Origin: an uncultured bacterium
Lineage (GTDB): Bacteria > Acidobacteriota > Thermoanaerobaculia > Multivoradales > JAHZIX01
Direction of reading: 5' to 3'
Length of the DNA stretch: 64,000 nucleotides
Assembly: GCA_965368975.1 (NCBI GenBank)
Contig: CBDUPA010000002.1
Span: forward strand, 32,001 to 96,000
In this document: in pieces, positions 12,836-22,919 of the stretch
Layout: each line of letters begins with the position of its first letter
Position numbering within the stretch: the first letter of the stretch is position 1
The notes under the pieces: model-generated
What the model was told of the DNA's origin: nothing
The model's input: only the letters and a program-made list of their open reading frames with translations
Database searches by the model: none
Position numbers and translations under genes: made by a program

Positions 12836-14521
12836 ATGAGCAAGGAGACCTCGAAAAACGGTTGGAGCGACGACGAACGGCGGATCCTGTCCGCGCACTT
12901 CACGGATCTGGAAGACGATGTTTTCGCGCTCGTCGGGCTACCGGAAGTCGTGAAAGGCGCCCTGTTCGCACGCTACTCGCGCTCGCCCAAGAGCCTGCGC
13001 CACCTGTTCCTGGACGAGTTCGCGCCGGATACCGAGACGGACGAGGACGATGACAGCACGGAGACACAGGGCAGCACGGAGACACAGGGCAGCGGCTCTG
13101 CCAGGGCCGAGAAGCTCTACGAGCGTGTCTTCGTCGAGTACGGCGATGACTCCGTGGCGCAGCTGGGCGGTGCGCACATCGCGGTCGAGGGAGCGTCGAA
13201 CGTCCTCACCAAGGTGCTGGAGTGGGGACGGCTGATGTCGTACCTGGAGCAGTCGACGCGCTACATCCCCTACACCCAGCGCGACCACTCCCAAGGCAAC
13301 GACTCCCAAGGCAACCGTGCCGGCTGGCGTTACGTGACGCCGCCCGAACTGGACGGGTACCCGGAATTACAAGCGCGCTACCGCCAGGCGCTCGACCTGG
13401 CGTTCGAGACCTACACCGAGCTGCTGACCCCGATGGCCGAGCACATCGGCACGCGCACGCCACGCGAGGCGGGGACGTCCGAGAAGGCACACGCACGCGC
13501 GGTGAAGGCGAAGGCGCTCGACGTGCTGCGTGGCTTGCTGCCGGCGGCGACGCGTTCGAACGTCGGGCTGTACGGCAGCGGTCAGGCGTACGAGGCACTC
13601 CTCCTGCGCATGAACGCACACCCGCTGGCCGAGGTGCGCGGCTGCGCGGCGCGAATGCTGGTCGAGTTGCGCAAGGTGATCCCGGCATTCCTGACCCGTG
13701 TCGACCGCGAGGAGCGGGGCGTGTTGTGGAGCCAGTACCTGCGGCAGACCCGCGAGGAGACCGCGGCGGTGGCGGTGGAGTTGCTGGCAGATCCGGACGC
13801 TCAGGAACACACGGGTTCGAAGGGCACCGTTGCGCCAGATTCCGTGACGCTCACCGACTTCGATCCCGACGGCGAGGTCAAGGTGGTGGCGGCAGCGCTG
13901 TACGCGGTGACCGGATTGCCCGACGCCGAACTGCTGCGACGAGCGCACCAGCTGAGCAGCGAGCAGCGCACACACGTGCTGGCAGCCTACGTCGGTGAGC
14001 GCCACAACCGCCGTCACCGTCCCGGCCGCGCCTTCGAACGCACCAGCTACCGCTTCGACATCCTCACCGACTACGGCGCCTTCCGCGACCTGCAGCGCCA
14101 CCGCCTGCTGACGCTCGAGTGGCAAGGCCTGACCCCCACCCACGGCTACCAGGTACCGGCCGAGGTCGTCGACGCGGGCGTCGAGGAGCGCTGGCGGCGC
14201 GTCATGGAGACCTGCGCAGACGTGCACGCGGCGATCGAAGCGGCCGGCTTGCCGGAGGTAGCGAGTTACGCGGTGCCGATGGCCTATCGCATCCGTTTCT
14301 ACATGGACATGAACGCGCGCGAAGCGATGCACGTGATCGAGCTACGCACCACACCGCAGGGCCACCCCAGCTACCGCCGCGTCTGCCAGCAGATGCACCA
14401 CCAGATCGCCGAGGTCGCCGGCCACCCCGCGATCGCGGCGGCGATGTCGTACGCGGACCATTCGGACGTCGAGTTGGAGCGGCTAGAGGCGGAGAAGAGG
14501 TTGGAGGCGCGGCGCGGCTAG
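12836..14521 (+). CDS. thyX: FAD-dependent thymidylate synthase, long tandem Thy1-domain type
   Basis: ALFARYSRS, YGDDSVAQL, YLEQSTRY, LRGLLPAAT, FRDLQRHR, ELRTTPQGHPSYR. Confidence 0.9.
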   Translation: MSKETSKNGWSDDERRILSAHFTDLEDDVFALVGLPEVVKGALFARYSRSPKSLRHLFLDEFAPDTETDEDDDSTETQGSTETQGSGSARAEKLYERVFVEYGDDSVAQLGGAHIAVEGASNVLTKVLEWGRLMSYLEQSTRYIPYTQRDHSQGNDSQGNRAGWRYVTPPELDGYPELQARYRQALDLAFETYTELLTPMAEHIGTRTPREAGTSEKAHARAVKAKALDVLRGLLPAATRSNVGLYGSGQAYEALLLRMNAHPLAEVRGCAARMLVELRKVIPAFLTRVDREERGVLWSQYLRQTREETAAVAVELLADPDAQEHTGSKGTVAPDSVTLTDFDPDGEVKVVAAALYAVTGLPDAELLRRAHQLSSEQRTHVLAAYVGERHNRRHRPGRAFERTSYRFDILTDYGAFRDLQRHRLLTLEWQGLTPTHGYQVPAEVVDAGVEERWRRVMETCADVHAAIEAAGLPEVASYAVPMAYRIRFYMDMNAREAMHVIELRTTPQGHPSYRRVCQQMHHQIAEVAGHPAIAAAMSYADHSDVELERLEAEKRLEARRG

Positions 14522-15957
14522 AACCTTTTTGGCGTTCCGTCCGGCCCCAACGCATCGGCCATGATCCGCTCCGGATCGTCCCACCCCGTCTCGTCCTGCA
14601 CCTCGCGACAGGCGGCCAACATGGGGCCGAACTGGGGGCCGGGTTGGAAACCGCGCTCAAGCAGGTGGCGACCGAGGACGACATCCTTCGTCGTGTGCGT
14701 CTCCTGCGCCAAGAGCTGCATCTGGCGCCAGAACTCCTCACCGGCCGGGAACTCGCGCGCCAATGCGTCAGGGGTGGTGCGGCCGAAATGGTCGGCCTGG
14801 GCAACACGGTAGAGCATTTCGGGCTCGACGCCGGCCGCGTCGAGACGGCGGGCCAGGCGACGGTAGGCGCGCGGCTTGGCGCCCCCCATCGGGAACACTG
14901 CCGGAGCCAAGTGGTGGCGCACCAGGGCGCTGACCTGCTCGCTCAGTTCCTTGGAAGTGCGCAGGCGCGCCATCAGCTTGTGGGTAATCGGCACCCCGAC
15001 ATCCTCGTGCTCGGGCGAACGAATGCGGCCGTCTTCCGAGTGCACGGTGGTGTCCGGCTTGCCGATGTCGTGGCACAGCGCGCCGAGCATGAGCACCAGG
15101 TCGTCGTGCGCAGAGTCCAGCGTGCCACGACGCAGCTTGGCGGCTTCGTCGACCACCAGCATGGTGTGCTCCCACACCGTGCCTTCGGGATGCCACTCGG
15201 GATCCTGCGGCACGTCGACCATCGCTGCGAGTTCGGGGAAGAAGCGCAGCAACCCGGTGGCGCGCAGGAACTCGAGACCCAGCGACGGCCTGCGCGCCTT
15301 GAGCAGGAGCTTCTTCATCTCCTCGAACAGACGCTCGCCGGGCAGGTCGGAGAGATCCTGGGCGGCACACAGCTCGGTCAACTCGGCATCCGGCTGCATC
15401 TCGAAGCGGGCGAGAAACTGCGCCACGCGCAGAGCACGCAGCGAGTCCTCACCGAAGGCGTCGCGATCGGTGGCGCGCAGAACACCCTGGCGCAGGTCTT
15501 CGCGACCGCCCCACGGGTCGAGGATCTCGTGCGTCAGAGGATCGTAACCCATGGAGTTGATCGTCAGGTCCCGGCGCCGCGAGGCACGCCGGAAGTCGAG
15601 CTGCGGGTCGAGTTCGACGACGAAGCCACGGTGACCGCGGCCGGTCTTGGAGTCGCGACGCGGGATCGAGAAGTCAGCATCCAGGCCCTTGATGCGCAGC
15701 ACGCCAAAGGCGCGGCCGATAGCGATCACTTCGCCGAACCCACCGAGAACCCCTTCGAGGCGTGCCAGGGGCAGGCCGTAGACCTCGAGATCGTAGTCCT
15801 TGGTCGCTCGGCCAAGCAGGCGGTCGCGCACGAAGCCTCCCACCATCAGGGCACGCCCGCCGGCCTTGCGCAGCGCGCGCGTCAAGGTCAACAACTGGGC
15901 GTCGACTTCGAACGGTGGCTCGTGAAGCGCGCGCTCCACAGAGCAGTCCGGGGACAT
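14518..15957 (-). CDS. cca: Class II CCA tRNA nucleotidyltransferase with HD domain
   Basis: VGGFVRDRLLG..DYDLEV, RRDLTINSM, EDSLRALR..QF, WHPEG..WEHT, LCHDIGKP. Confidence 0.9.
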   Translation of the reverse strand: MSPDCSVERALHEPPFEVDAQLLTLTRALRKAGGRALMVGGFVRDRLLGRATKDYDLEVYGLPLARLEGVLGGFGEVIAIGRAFGVLRIKGLDADFSIPRRDSKTGRGHRGFVVELDPQLDFRRASRRRDLTINSMGYDPLTHEILDPWGGREDLRQGVLRATDRDAFGEDSLRALRVAQFLARFEMQPDAELTELCAAQDLSDLPGERLFEEMKKLLLKARRPSLGLEFLRATGLLRFFPELAAMVDVPQDPEWHPEGTVWEHTMLVVDEAAKLRRGTLDSAHDDLVLMLGALCHDIGKPDTTVHSEDGRIRSPEHEDVGVPITHKLMARLRTSKELSEQVSALVRHHLAPAVFPMGGAKPRAYRRLARRLDAAGVEPEMLYRVAQADHFGRTTPDALAREFPAGEEFWRQMQLLAQETHTTKDVVLGRHLLERGFQPGPQFGPMLAACREVQDETGWDDPERIMADALGPDGTPKRF

Positions 15958-15962
15958 CAGCG

Positions 15963-16223
15963 CTACTTGAGCTTGCCCCGCTCCAGGCCTACCTTCACCA
16001 TCTCGAGGGTACGTTCGACCTGGGCGCGCAGCTTCTTCTGCATTTCGGGCTGGGGAAGCTCTTGATCGAGCAGATCCTGATAGGACAAGCGTTTCTGCCA
16101 GACGATCGATCCCTGCTCCATCACGCGGACATCGAAGCAGGCCTGCGCCTCCCCCTGGTCTTCACCCTGGATGATGTAGTCGTGTCCGTCGAGCTGGAAG
16201 CTCTGATTGATGCCTGGAATCAT
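15963..16223 (-). CDS. Small hypothetical protein, probably co-transcribed with cca
   Basis: ATG 16223 (MIPGINQSFQLDGHDYIIQGED) with AGGAG RBS; 5 nt gap to the cca start. Confidence 0.75.
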   Translation of the reverse strand: MIPGINQSFQLDGHDYIIQGEDQGEAQACFDVRVMEQGSIVWQKRLSYQDLLDQELPQPEMQKKLRAQVERTLEMVKVGLERGKLK

Positions 16224-16245
16224 GAAGCAAGTCTCCTGGCCGGGC

Positions 16246-16251
16246 ATTATA
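16246..16251 (-). promoter_or_regulatory. Consensus -10 box (TATAAT) upstream of the hypothetical-cca pair
   Basis: Minus strand TTGTATAATGCCCGGCCAGGAG...ATG. Confidence 0.6.
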
Positions 16252-16392
16252 CAAGCTTTCGGCCGCCCACCCGGCACCGCTGTCTGACGGCCGGTCCGGC
16301 CGTGCGCCCGACTACCAGCAACCGGCTACCAACCGGCTACCGCTTGTCGCACCGCACGGAGTCTGCTAGAAGGGCTACAGGAGGACTACACT

Positions 16393-18084
16393 GTGCGCCA
16401 CTTCGACCCCATCTGCCAACACCGACACCAGCCGTGGCTGGGCACGCTCGCGCTCAGCCTGCTGCTCGCCGCCTGCAGTACACCCGAGGCCACGACACCA
16501 GCCGAGTCGGCACCCGCGCACGCACCGAGCGCAGAGGCGACACTCGCCGTAGCCGAAGATACTCCTCGGCTGGTGCTCTTCCTGGTCATCGACCAGGCGC
16601 GCTACGACTATCTAGAGCGCTTCCGGCCTCTGCTCCAAGGCGGCCTGGCGCGCTTGCTGGAGGAAGGGGTCGACTTCACCGACGCACATCACGCCCACGC
16701 CATGACCGCCACTGGCCCTGGCCACGCAACGCTGGCCACGGGCACCCACCCGGCGCAGCACGGCGTCATCGGCAACAGTTGGATCGACCGCACGAACGGC
16801 GACCACGTCTACTGCGCCGAGGACGCGAATGAGACCCCGTCCCCAGCCCAGCTGCTGCGCCCCACACTCGGAGACCGCATGAAAGCGGCGTGGCCGAGCA
16901 CCAAGAGCTTCACCGCCGCGGGCAAAGATCGCGCGGCGATTCTCACCGCCGGGCACCAAGCCGACGCGGCTTTCTGGTACGACGACGACAGCGACGGCCG
17001 CTTCGTCACCTCCGAGGCCTACCTGACCGTCAGCCCGGAGTGGTTGAACGACTTCCACGCTCGCCGCTTGCCCGACGCAGCCTTTGGTCGCTTGTGGCAG
17101 CCGCTGCCGGCGGTCGAACAAGCGCTCCTCGACGAGAGCTACGGCGTCACGCCTCTCCAGCGTGCGCCCATCGAGCGACAGTTCCCGCACGCCCTCGGCA
17201 GTCCGGCGGTGGGTCCCAGCGGTAGTTTCTACAGTGACTTCATCGCCTCTCCCTTCATGGACACCTACCTGGTCGACTTCGCCCTGGCGCTGATTGACGG
17301 CGAGCAACTCGGCCAGGACGAAGTCCCCGACTTCCTGGGACTCGGCTTCTCCCCCCTCGACTACATCGGCCACGACTACGGCCCGGACAGTCCCGAAGTC
17401 CTCGACACCCTGCTGCGCCTGGACCAACAGCTCGGCCGCCTGTTCGACGAGATCGACCAGCGGATCGGCCTGGACGCCACTCTCATCTCGCTGAGCTCCG
17501 ACCACGGCGTGGGGCCGATACCCGAAGTGGCCCGACAGCGCGGCAACGCCGAAGCGCGGCGCCTGGGTAGCCAGGATGTCCTTTGCTACCAGCAAGCCGG
17601 GCTGACGCTCGCCGCGACTCTCGGAACCACGCCCAGCGAGTTGTTCTGGTCCGGCCTCTACTTCGACCCGAGGACGTTGGAGAACCTGGGCAAGAGCATT
17701 GGCAGCGCGCGCGCCGAGTTGCAGAGCCTGCTCGGCCAGTGCGACGGCGTGGTGCGTTCTTGGACGTACGATCAACTGGTCGCCGGTGGCATGCCCGGCG
17801 TGCCCCTCTCCGAGGCCTACGTCCACGGTTTCCACCCCGAGCGCAGCGCCGACGTCCTCCTTCAGCTCGGCGAGCACGTCCTCTACTCGCTCAGCAGCGA
17901 GACCAGCCACGCCTCACCCTACCCACACGACAGCCATGTACCGTGGCTATTGCGCTTGCCGGCACCGGTGGCACGGCAGATCGACACGCGCGTCCACACC
18001 GTGGATGTCGTACCGACCCTCGCCGTCTTGCTCGGCCTGCCCACGGACGGCATGGACGGTCAAGACCGCGGGCCGTTCGAGTAG
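16393..18084 (+). CDS. Alkaline phosphatase superfamily lipoprotein (PafA / nucleotide pyrophosphatase-like)
   Basis: Lipobox LLLAAC; LVIDQARYDYL; TATGPGHATLATG (Thr nucleophile); KDRAAIL; DYIGHDYGPDS; SSDHG. Confidence 0.9.
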   Translation: MRHFDPICQHRHQPWLGTLALSLLLAACSTPEATTPAESAPAHAPSAEATLAVAEDTPRLVLFLVIDQARYDYLERFRPLLQGGLARLLEEGVDFTDAHHAHAMTATGPGHATLATGTHPAQHGVIGNSWIDRTNGDHVYCAEDANETPSPAQLLRPTLGDRMKAAWPSTKSFTAAGKDRAAILTAGHQADAAFWYDDDSDGRFVTSEAYLTVSPEWLNDFHARRLPDAAFGRLWQPLPAVEQALLDESYGVTPLQRAPIERQFPHALGSPAVGPSGSFYSDFIASPFMDTYLVDFALALIDGEQLGQDEVPDFLGLGFSPLDYIGHDYGPDSPEVLDTLLRLDQQLGRLFDEIDQRIGLDATLISLSSDHGVGPIPEVARQRGNAEARRLGSQDVLCYQQAGLTLAATLGTTPSELFWSGLYFDPRTLENLGKSIGSARAELQSLLGQCDGVVRSWTYDQLVAGGMPGVPLSEAYVHGFHPERSADVLLQLGEHVLYSLSSETSHASPYPHDSHVPWLLRLPAPVARQIDTRVHTVDVVPTLAVLLGLPTDGMDGQDRGPFE

Positions 18085-18104
18085 CGATTGTTCGCGGCGG
18101 CTGG

Positions 18105-18863
18105 TCAGGAGAGCTTGCGGGCGACCGCGATCAGCTGCCGCGTGCCGACCGCTTGCTCGCGCACGCCGGGGCGGCCGTCTTCGATCTGGTTGACCAGATT
18201 GCCCAGCATACCCCGCAGCGTGCGCACGGGTGCACGCGGCGACCAGGCGGCCAGGCCCGCCGTGAACCAGCGCCCGACAGGCGTCGCGTAGACGACCTCG
18301 ACCTCGTCGAAGACCGACGCCAGCAGCTCGCGGAGCTGCTCACGATGGTAGAAGCGGAAGTCGCGCACGCCGTCGGGCTCGGCACGTCCCGGATGATCGC
18401 CATTCGGTGTCGACATCACGAAGGTTCCTCCGCTACGCAGCACGCGGTGCACCCCGCGCACAAAAGCGGCATCGTCGCGCACGTGCTCCAGCACCTCGAC
18501 CGACACGACGACATCGAAAGACGCCGCCGGCAGCTGCGATCGCGTCATGTCGTCGAACACCACCGCCTCGACATTGCTGCGGCGGCGCTCGACCAGGTCC
18601 TTCATCTCCGCCGTCAAGCCATGGCCATCGGTGTGCTGCTGCTCGGTCTCGCGTGGCAGATCGGCAACCGTGACGCGCGCCGGCAAACCGACCGTATACG
18701 GCGACCGGCGGCCACCGACATCGAGAATCCGCCTGGGCTCGGCCCCGGATGCGCGGGCAGCGTCGAGCCGTGCCAGGGCCTCGCGCAGCCGTCGACGCAC
18801 CAGCACGTGCAGAACCGGCCGCACCGGCAGTGTCAGCTGGTAGAAGCCTTCATAGAGTGTCAT
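18105..18863 (-). CDS. Class I SAM-dependent methyltransferase
   Basis: ILDVGG, ASFDVVVSVEVLEHV, HRVLRSGG..VMSTPN. Confidence 0.85.
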   Translation of the reverse strand: MTLYEGFYQLTLPVRPVLHVLVRRRLREALARLDAARASGAEPRRILDVGGRRSPYTVGLPARVTVADLPRETEQQHTDGHGLTAEMKDLVERRRSNVEAVVFDDMTRSQLPAASFDVVVSVEVLEHVRDDAAFVRGVHRVLRSGGTFVMSTPNGDHPGRAEPDGVRDFRFYHREQLRELLASVFDEVEVVYATPVGRWFTAGLAAWSPRAPVRTLRGMLGNLVNQIEDGRPGVREQAVGTRQLIAVARKLS

Positions 18864-18910
18864 CGACAGTCATCCGGTTCGCTCGGAGAAATGGGAAGCT
18901 CAGCCTGTAA

Positions 18911-18938
18911 GCGTTCGGAGTATAGCGTTCGGAGTATA
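18911..18938. repeat. Perfect 14-bp tandem duplication carrying a TATACT -10 box (minus strand)
   Basis: GCGTTCGGAGTATA x2 in the divergent methyltransferase/GNAT intergenic region. Confidence 0.85.
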
Positions 18939-19056
18939 GCGCGCGGCGACGCTCGACGCGGTGCCACACGACCCTCAGACAGGACCCGGTTTGCAACATG
19001 AAGTAGATGCACCCGTAAGGAAGCACACCTCAAGACTTCGACCTCGGGAATGTCCT

Positions 19057-19668
19057 ATGCCCCCTCTTCAGATTGACTCCGCCCGCCTTCACATGATCGC
19101 CGCCACCCCGGAACTGCTACAAGCCGATCTCCAAGGTCTCGACCCCTTACAGGCCGCTTTGAGCCGCTACCTCGACGGCTCGGCTGCCGGCGAAGTGCGC
19201 ATCCCCGCCAGCTGGCCCCCGCCTTACTCGGACGAAATGCGCCGCTACGTCCTCGACCGGCTACGCGAGAGATCCGACCTGTACGGTTGGACCCTCTGGT
19301 ACATCGTGACCCGCGAGCCGGGCGAGCCCCCGAGGGCGGTCGGCTACATCTGCTTCGCCAACGGTCCGGACGCCGAGGGCACGATCGAGATCGGCGGCTT
19401 CGTTCTCGAAGAGGAGCAGAGCCGCGGCTATGCCAGCGAAGCCAGCGACGCCCTCGGCCGTTGGGCTTTCACCCAGGGCATCCGTCGCCTCACCGCTAAC
19501 ACGCTCGCCGGCTACGCGCCAACCCGCAAGCTACTGGAGCGCAACGGCTACCGCTACATCGGCGAGACCCTGGATCAGGGAATCCCTCACGCGCAGTACG
19601 AGCTGCTACCGGAAGATCTGCCCCCTCGGCGGTCACCAGGCCCTGGGGCTCAGGCGTCGGAAGGCTGA
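19057..19668 (+). CDS. GNAT (RimJ/RimL-like) N-acetyltransferase
   Basis: IDSARLHM, IEIGGFVLEEEQSRGYASEA, TRKLLERNGY. Start uncertain (19057 vs 18961). Confidence 0.8.
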   Translation: MPPLQIDSARLHMIAATPELLQADLQGLDPLQAALSRYLDGSAAGEVRIPASWPPPYSDEMRRYVLDRLRERSDLYGWTLWYIVTREPGEPPRAVGYICFANGPDAEGTIEIGGFVLEEEQSRGYASEASDALGRWAFTQGIRRLTANTLAGYAPTRKLLERNGYRYIGETLDQGIPHAQYELLPEDLPPRRSPGPGAQASEG

Positions 19669-20039
19669 TCCGCGCCCTCGGGCGCTTCAGCGTCTTCCGC
19701 CACCGGTAGCGGCACTCGATCCGCGAAGCCGCGCGCGAAGTCGCGCATCTCCTCCGCCATCGCCTCATTGCCGGTAGCACGCTGGTAGGTGTCCGCCATG
19801 GACAACAACGTCTGGAAAAACATGGCGTTCATGTGCGGCACCTGCATCGCCTTGGTCCACAGATCGATGCGTAGCGTCGCTCGCTCCTCGGCGTCCCAGA
19901 AGCCGAGCAGGAAAGCTTCAGCGTTCTGCGGTTCCGGCGTTGGGGCGTCGTTGGCCTGCCAGCGAATGGTGTCGGGGATATTGCGCTCGTCGAGCTCGAC
20001 GGTGATGCGGATGTCACGGGTGCGAGTGTTGTCAGCCAT
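19650..20039 (-). CDS. gldC: GldC-like protein
   Basis: IRITVELDERNIPDTIRW.A, AFLLGFWD....TLRIDLWTK.M.V..M...FFQTLLSMADTYQRATG...M..F match my recollection of Bacteroidota GldC. Confidence 0.85.
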   Translation of the reverse strand: MADNTRTRDIRITVELDERNIPDTIRWQANDAPTPEPQNAEAFLLGFWDAEERATLRIDLWTKAMQVPHMNAMFFQTLLSMADTYQRATGNEAMAEEMRDFARGFADRVPLPVAEDAEAPEGADQPSDA

Positions 20040-20101
20040 GTGCCCGATGCTAGCAGCTCGGACACCTCTCGGAACCCTCCCCACAGCGACCGTTGCGCTC
20101 T

Positions 20102-22156
20102 TCAGACCTCCGCTTCGACGCGTACCGTACACACCTTCAACTCCGCCGTGTGCGTCGTCGGGTCATAGCCCGAACCGGTCAGCTCGTTGATCGGCGTGTC
20201 ATTGAAGCTGAAGGAAGCGAAGACCGTGCCGCGCGGTGAGCGCTCTGTGGCCTTGACCTTGATGCGCACCGAGCCACGACGGCTCGACATGCGTGCCCAG
20301 CCGCCATCGCTAAGTCCCCAGGCCTTGACGTTGTCGGGATGCACCTCCAGCACCTCTTCCGGCAGCAGGTAGTCGATCCCCGCCGAGCGCCCCGTCTGCG
20401 TGCGCGTGTGGTACGACTCCAGGCGCCGGCCGGTGGTCAGCCAGACGGGGAAGTCGTCGTCCACGACCTCGGCCGGATCCCGGTAGCTCACCACCTTCAG
20501 CTTGCCACGGCCATTGATGAAGCCGTCCTCGTGCAGGCGAGGCGTGCCGGGATGCCCCTTGTGCGGAATCGGCCACTGGTATTGGCCCGTCTCGGCCAGG
20601 TCCCAATCGATGCCGGCGTAGGTCGGCGAGACACTGCACAGCTCGTTGAACACCTCCTTGGCCGAGGTGTAGTCGAAGCCCGGAACGCCGAGCCGCTGCG
20701 CCAGCTGACTCAAGATCCACCAATCCGGCTGCGCCTCGCCCGGCGGCTCGACCGCCTTGCGCACGCGCTGGATACGACGCTCGGTGTTGGTGAAGTTGCC
20801 GTCGGTCTCGCCCCAACCCGTGGCCGGCAGCACGACGTCGGCCAGCTCGGCCGTCTCGGTGAGAAAGATGTCGATCACCACCAGGTGGTCGAGACTGCGC
20901 AGCGCCTTCTCGCCGTGGTGGCGATCCGGGTCGGACACCAGCGTGTTCTCACCGTCGATCAACATGGCGCGGATCTGGTCGCCAGCCTGCTCCAGCGCCG
21001 TCACCTTGGTGATGCCGCGCTCGCAGTCGATGTCGCGACCGTAGAGCTGCTGGAACTTCTCCTGGAACTCCGGCTGGTCGACCGGCTGGAAGCCCGCGTA
21101 GTTGTTGGGCAGAGCGCCACTGTCACCGGCACCTTGGATGTTGTTCTGCCCGCGCATCGGATTGATACCGGTACCCTCACGGCCGATGTGGCCAGTGATC
21201 AGCGCCAGGTTGCACAGGCTCTGCACGTTGTCGACGCCGCAAATGTGCTCGGTGATCCCCAACGTGTAGTAGATGGCACCCTTGTCCGCACCGCCATAGA
21301 GCCGAGCAGCGCGTTCGATGTCGGCCGCTGGCACGCCGGTGATCGGCTCGGCCCACGACGGCGGGAACTGCTTCACGTGCTCCAGGAAGTCCGCGGCACC
21401 CTCGGTGCGCTCAGCCAGGAAGGCACTGTTGACCAAGCCGTCGCGCGCGATCACGTGCGCCATGGCCAGCAACAACGCGACGTCGGTGCCGACGCGCAGC
21501 GGCAGGTAGATGTCCGCCATCTCGGCGAGCCGGATACGCCGCGGGTCCGCACAGATCATCTTGGCACCACGCGCCAGCGCCTTCTTCAGCCGCGTCGCCG
21601 CGACCGGATGGCACTCGGTCATGTTGGTGCCGATGCAGAAGATTACATCCGGCTTCTCCATGTCGGCCAGAGGGTTCGACATGGCGCCCCGCCCAATCGT
21701 GGCCGCCAGACCGGCGACCGTCGGAGCGTGTCAAGCACGGCTGCAGTTGTCTATGTAGTGCGTCCCGAAGCTCGCGCGGATGAACTTGCCCACCAGGTAA
21801 CAGGCTTCAGACGGCGTGCGCCCTGAAGCCACACCGTAAACACTGTGCCGACCATGCTCGTCGACCGCGCGACGAAAGCCGGCGGCGGCGGCATCCAGCG
21901 CCTCGTCCCAGCTGGCCCGTTGCAACTCACCGGCAGCGTTGCGCACCAGCGGGTGCGTCAGACGGTCCGGGTGGTGCACGTAGTCGTAAGCGAACTGCCC
22001 CTTGACGCACAGCGCGCCCTCGTTGGCCGGGCCGTCCATCGCCGGCTGGATCCCGATGATGCGGCCTTCGCGGGTCAGGATATCAACAGCGCAGCCGACG
22101 CCACAGTAGCCGCACACGGAGCGGGTCTTCTCGAAGGTGCGATGGGTCGCGGTCAT
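20102..22156 (-). CDS. fdhF: Selenocysteine-containing formate dehydrogenase catalytic (Mo/W-bisPGD) subunit
   Basis: ORFs 21731-22156 and 20102-21682 are in frame, joined by TGA 21731-21733: IDNCSRA-U-HAPTVAGLAATIGRGAMSN (FdhF CARVUHGPSVAGL). N-terminal CGYCGVGC..C [4Fe-4S] motif; RGQNNIQG; ELKVCTVRV. Confidence 0.93.
21701..21719 (-). promoter_or_regulatory. Bacterial SECIS element
   Basis: mRNA GGUCGCC-GGUCU-GGCGGCC stem-loop starting 11 nt after the UGA; apical GGUCU as in the E. coli fdhF SECIS. Confidence 0.88.
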
Positions 22157-22241
22157 ATCTGTCTCCTTGGCTGTCGCGTCTCAAGCTTGTCTGGGTAGCC
22201 GGGCTTGGGTCTCGTGTCCTGCCCCGGTCTCGGTCTCGGGC

Positions 22242-22919
22242 CTATTCTGCGGCAGGCTGTTCGGTGTCAGCAAAACGAATCGCCTTGCGATCCGCCAGCG
22301 CCCCCGTCGGGCAGGTCTGTACGCACTGGCCGCAGAAGGTACACGCGGAGTCTTGCAACTGGCCGCCGAACTCGGTGGTGATCTGGGTGTGGAAGCCTCG
22401 GTTGGCGACGCTGATCGCGTAATCTCCTTCCTGCTCGGCACACACGCGCACGCAGCGGTAGCAGGAGATGCACAGATCGTAGTCGCGCAGCAGGAACGGA
22501 TTCGGATCGTCGTGACTGGTGCCGCTCTGCGCACCGACGAAGCGGCCCGTACGCGCGTCATAGCGGTCGACCAGCTCGGTCAACTCCTGCGACGCGTAGC
22601 CGCGCAGCGGATCGACGTCCAGCTCGCGATTCTCCGACGCCACCAGCTCCAGCAGCGTCTTGCGATGCTTCTCGACCCGCGCCGACGCGGTCGTCACCTG
22701 CATGCCGTCGGCCGCCTTGGCCGTGCAACTGGCCACCGGATTCTTGACGCCCTCGATCTCGACCACGCACAGCCGGCAGGCACCGAGCGGCTCCAGCCGC
22801 GGGTCGTAGCACAGCGTCGGGATCTGCTTGCTGGCGCGCGACGCCACCTCGTAGATCGTCTCGCCCTCGGTGAAGGCGACTTCCTCGCCGTCTAGCACCA
22901 TGGTCTTGTTCTCCGCCAT
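22242..22919 (-). CDS. Fe-S subunit of formate dehydrogenase (NuoG/FdsA N-terminal-like, encoded separately)
   Basis: ATG 22919 overlaps the upstream stop (TGATG); IPTLCY..GACRLC..ASC [2Fe-2S]; CISCYRCVRVC and CTFCGQCVQTCPTGAL [4Fe-4S]. Confidence 0.9.
   Translation of the reverse strand: MAENKTMVLDGEEVAFTEGETIYEVASRASKQIPTLCYDPRLEPLGACRLCVVEIEGVKNPVASCTAKAADGMQVTTASARVEKHRKTLLELVASENRELDVDPLRGYASQELTELVDRYDARTGRFVGAQSGTSHDDPNPFLLRDYDLCISCYRCVRVCAEQEGDYAISVANRGFHTQITTEFGGQLQDSACTFCGQCVQTCPTGALADRKAIRFADTEQPAAE

Noticed and set aside
14119-16065. 648-aa plus-strand ORF and similar long antisense ORFs (2326-3558, 3634-4911, 20339-21826, 31204-32682, 16612-17910)
   Set aside because: They lie opposite well-supported genes, lack motifs, and are expected from codon bias in high-GC DNA.
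21683-21733. Formate dehydrogenase as a nonsense-split pseudogene or two genes
   Set aside because: The TGA is in frame at the Cys/Sec ligand position and is followed by a correctly spaced SECIS hairpin.
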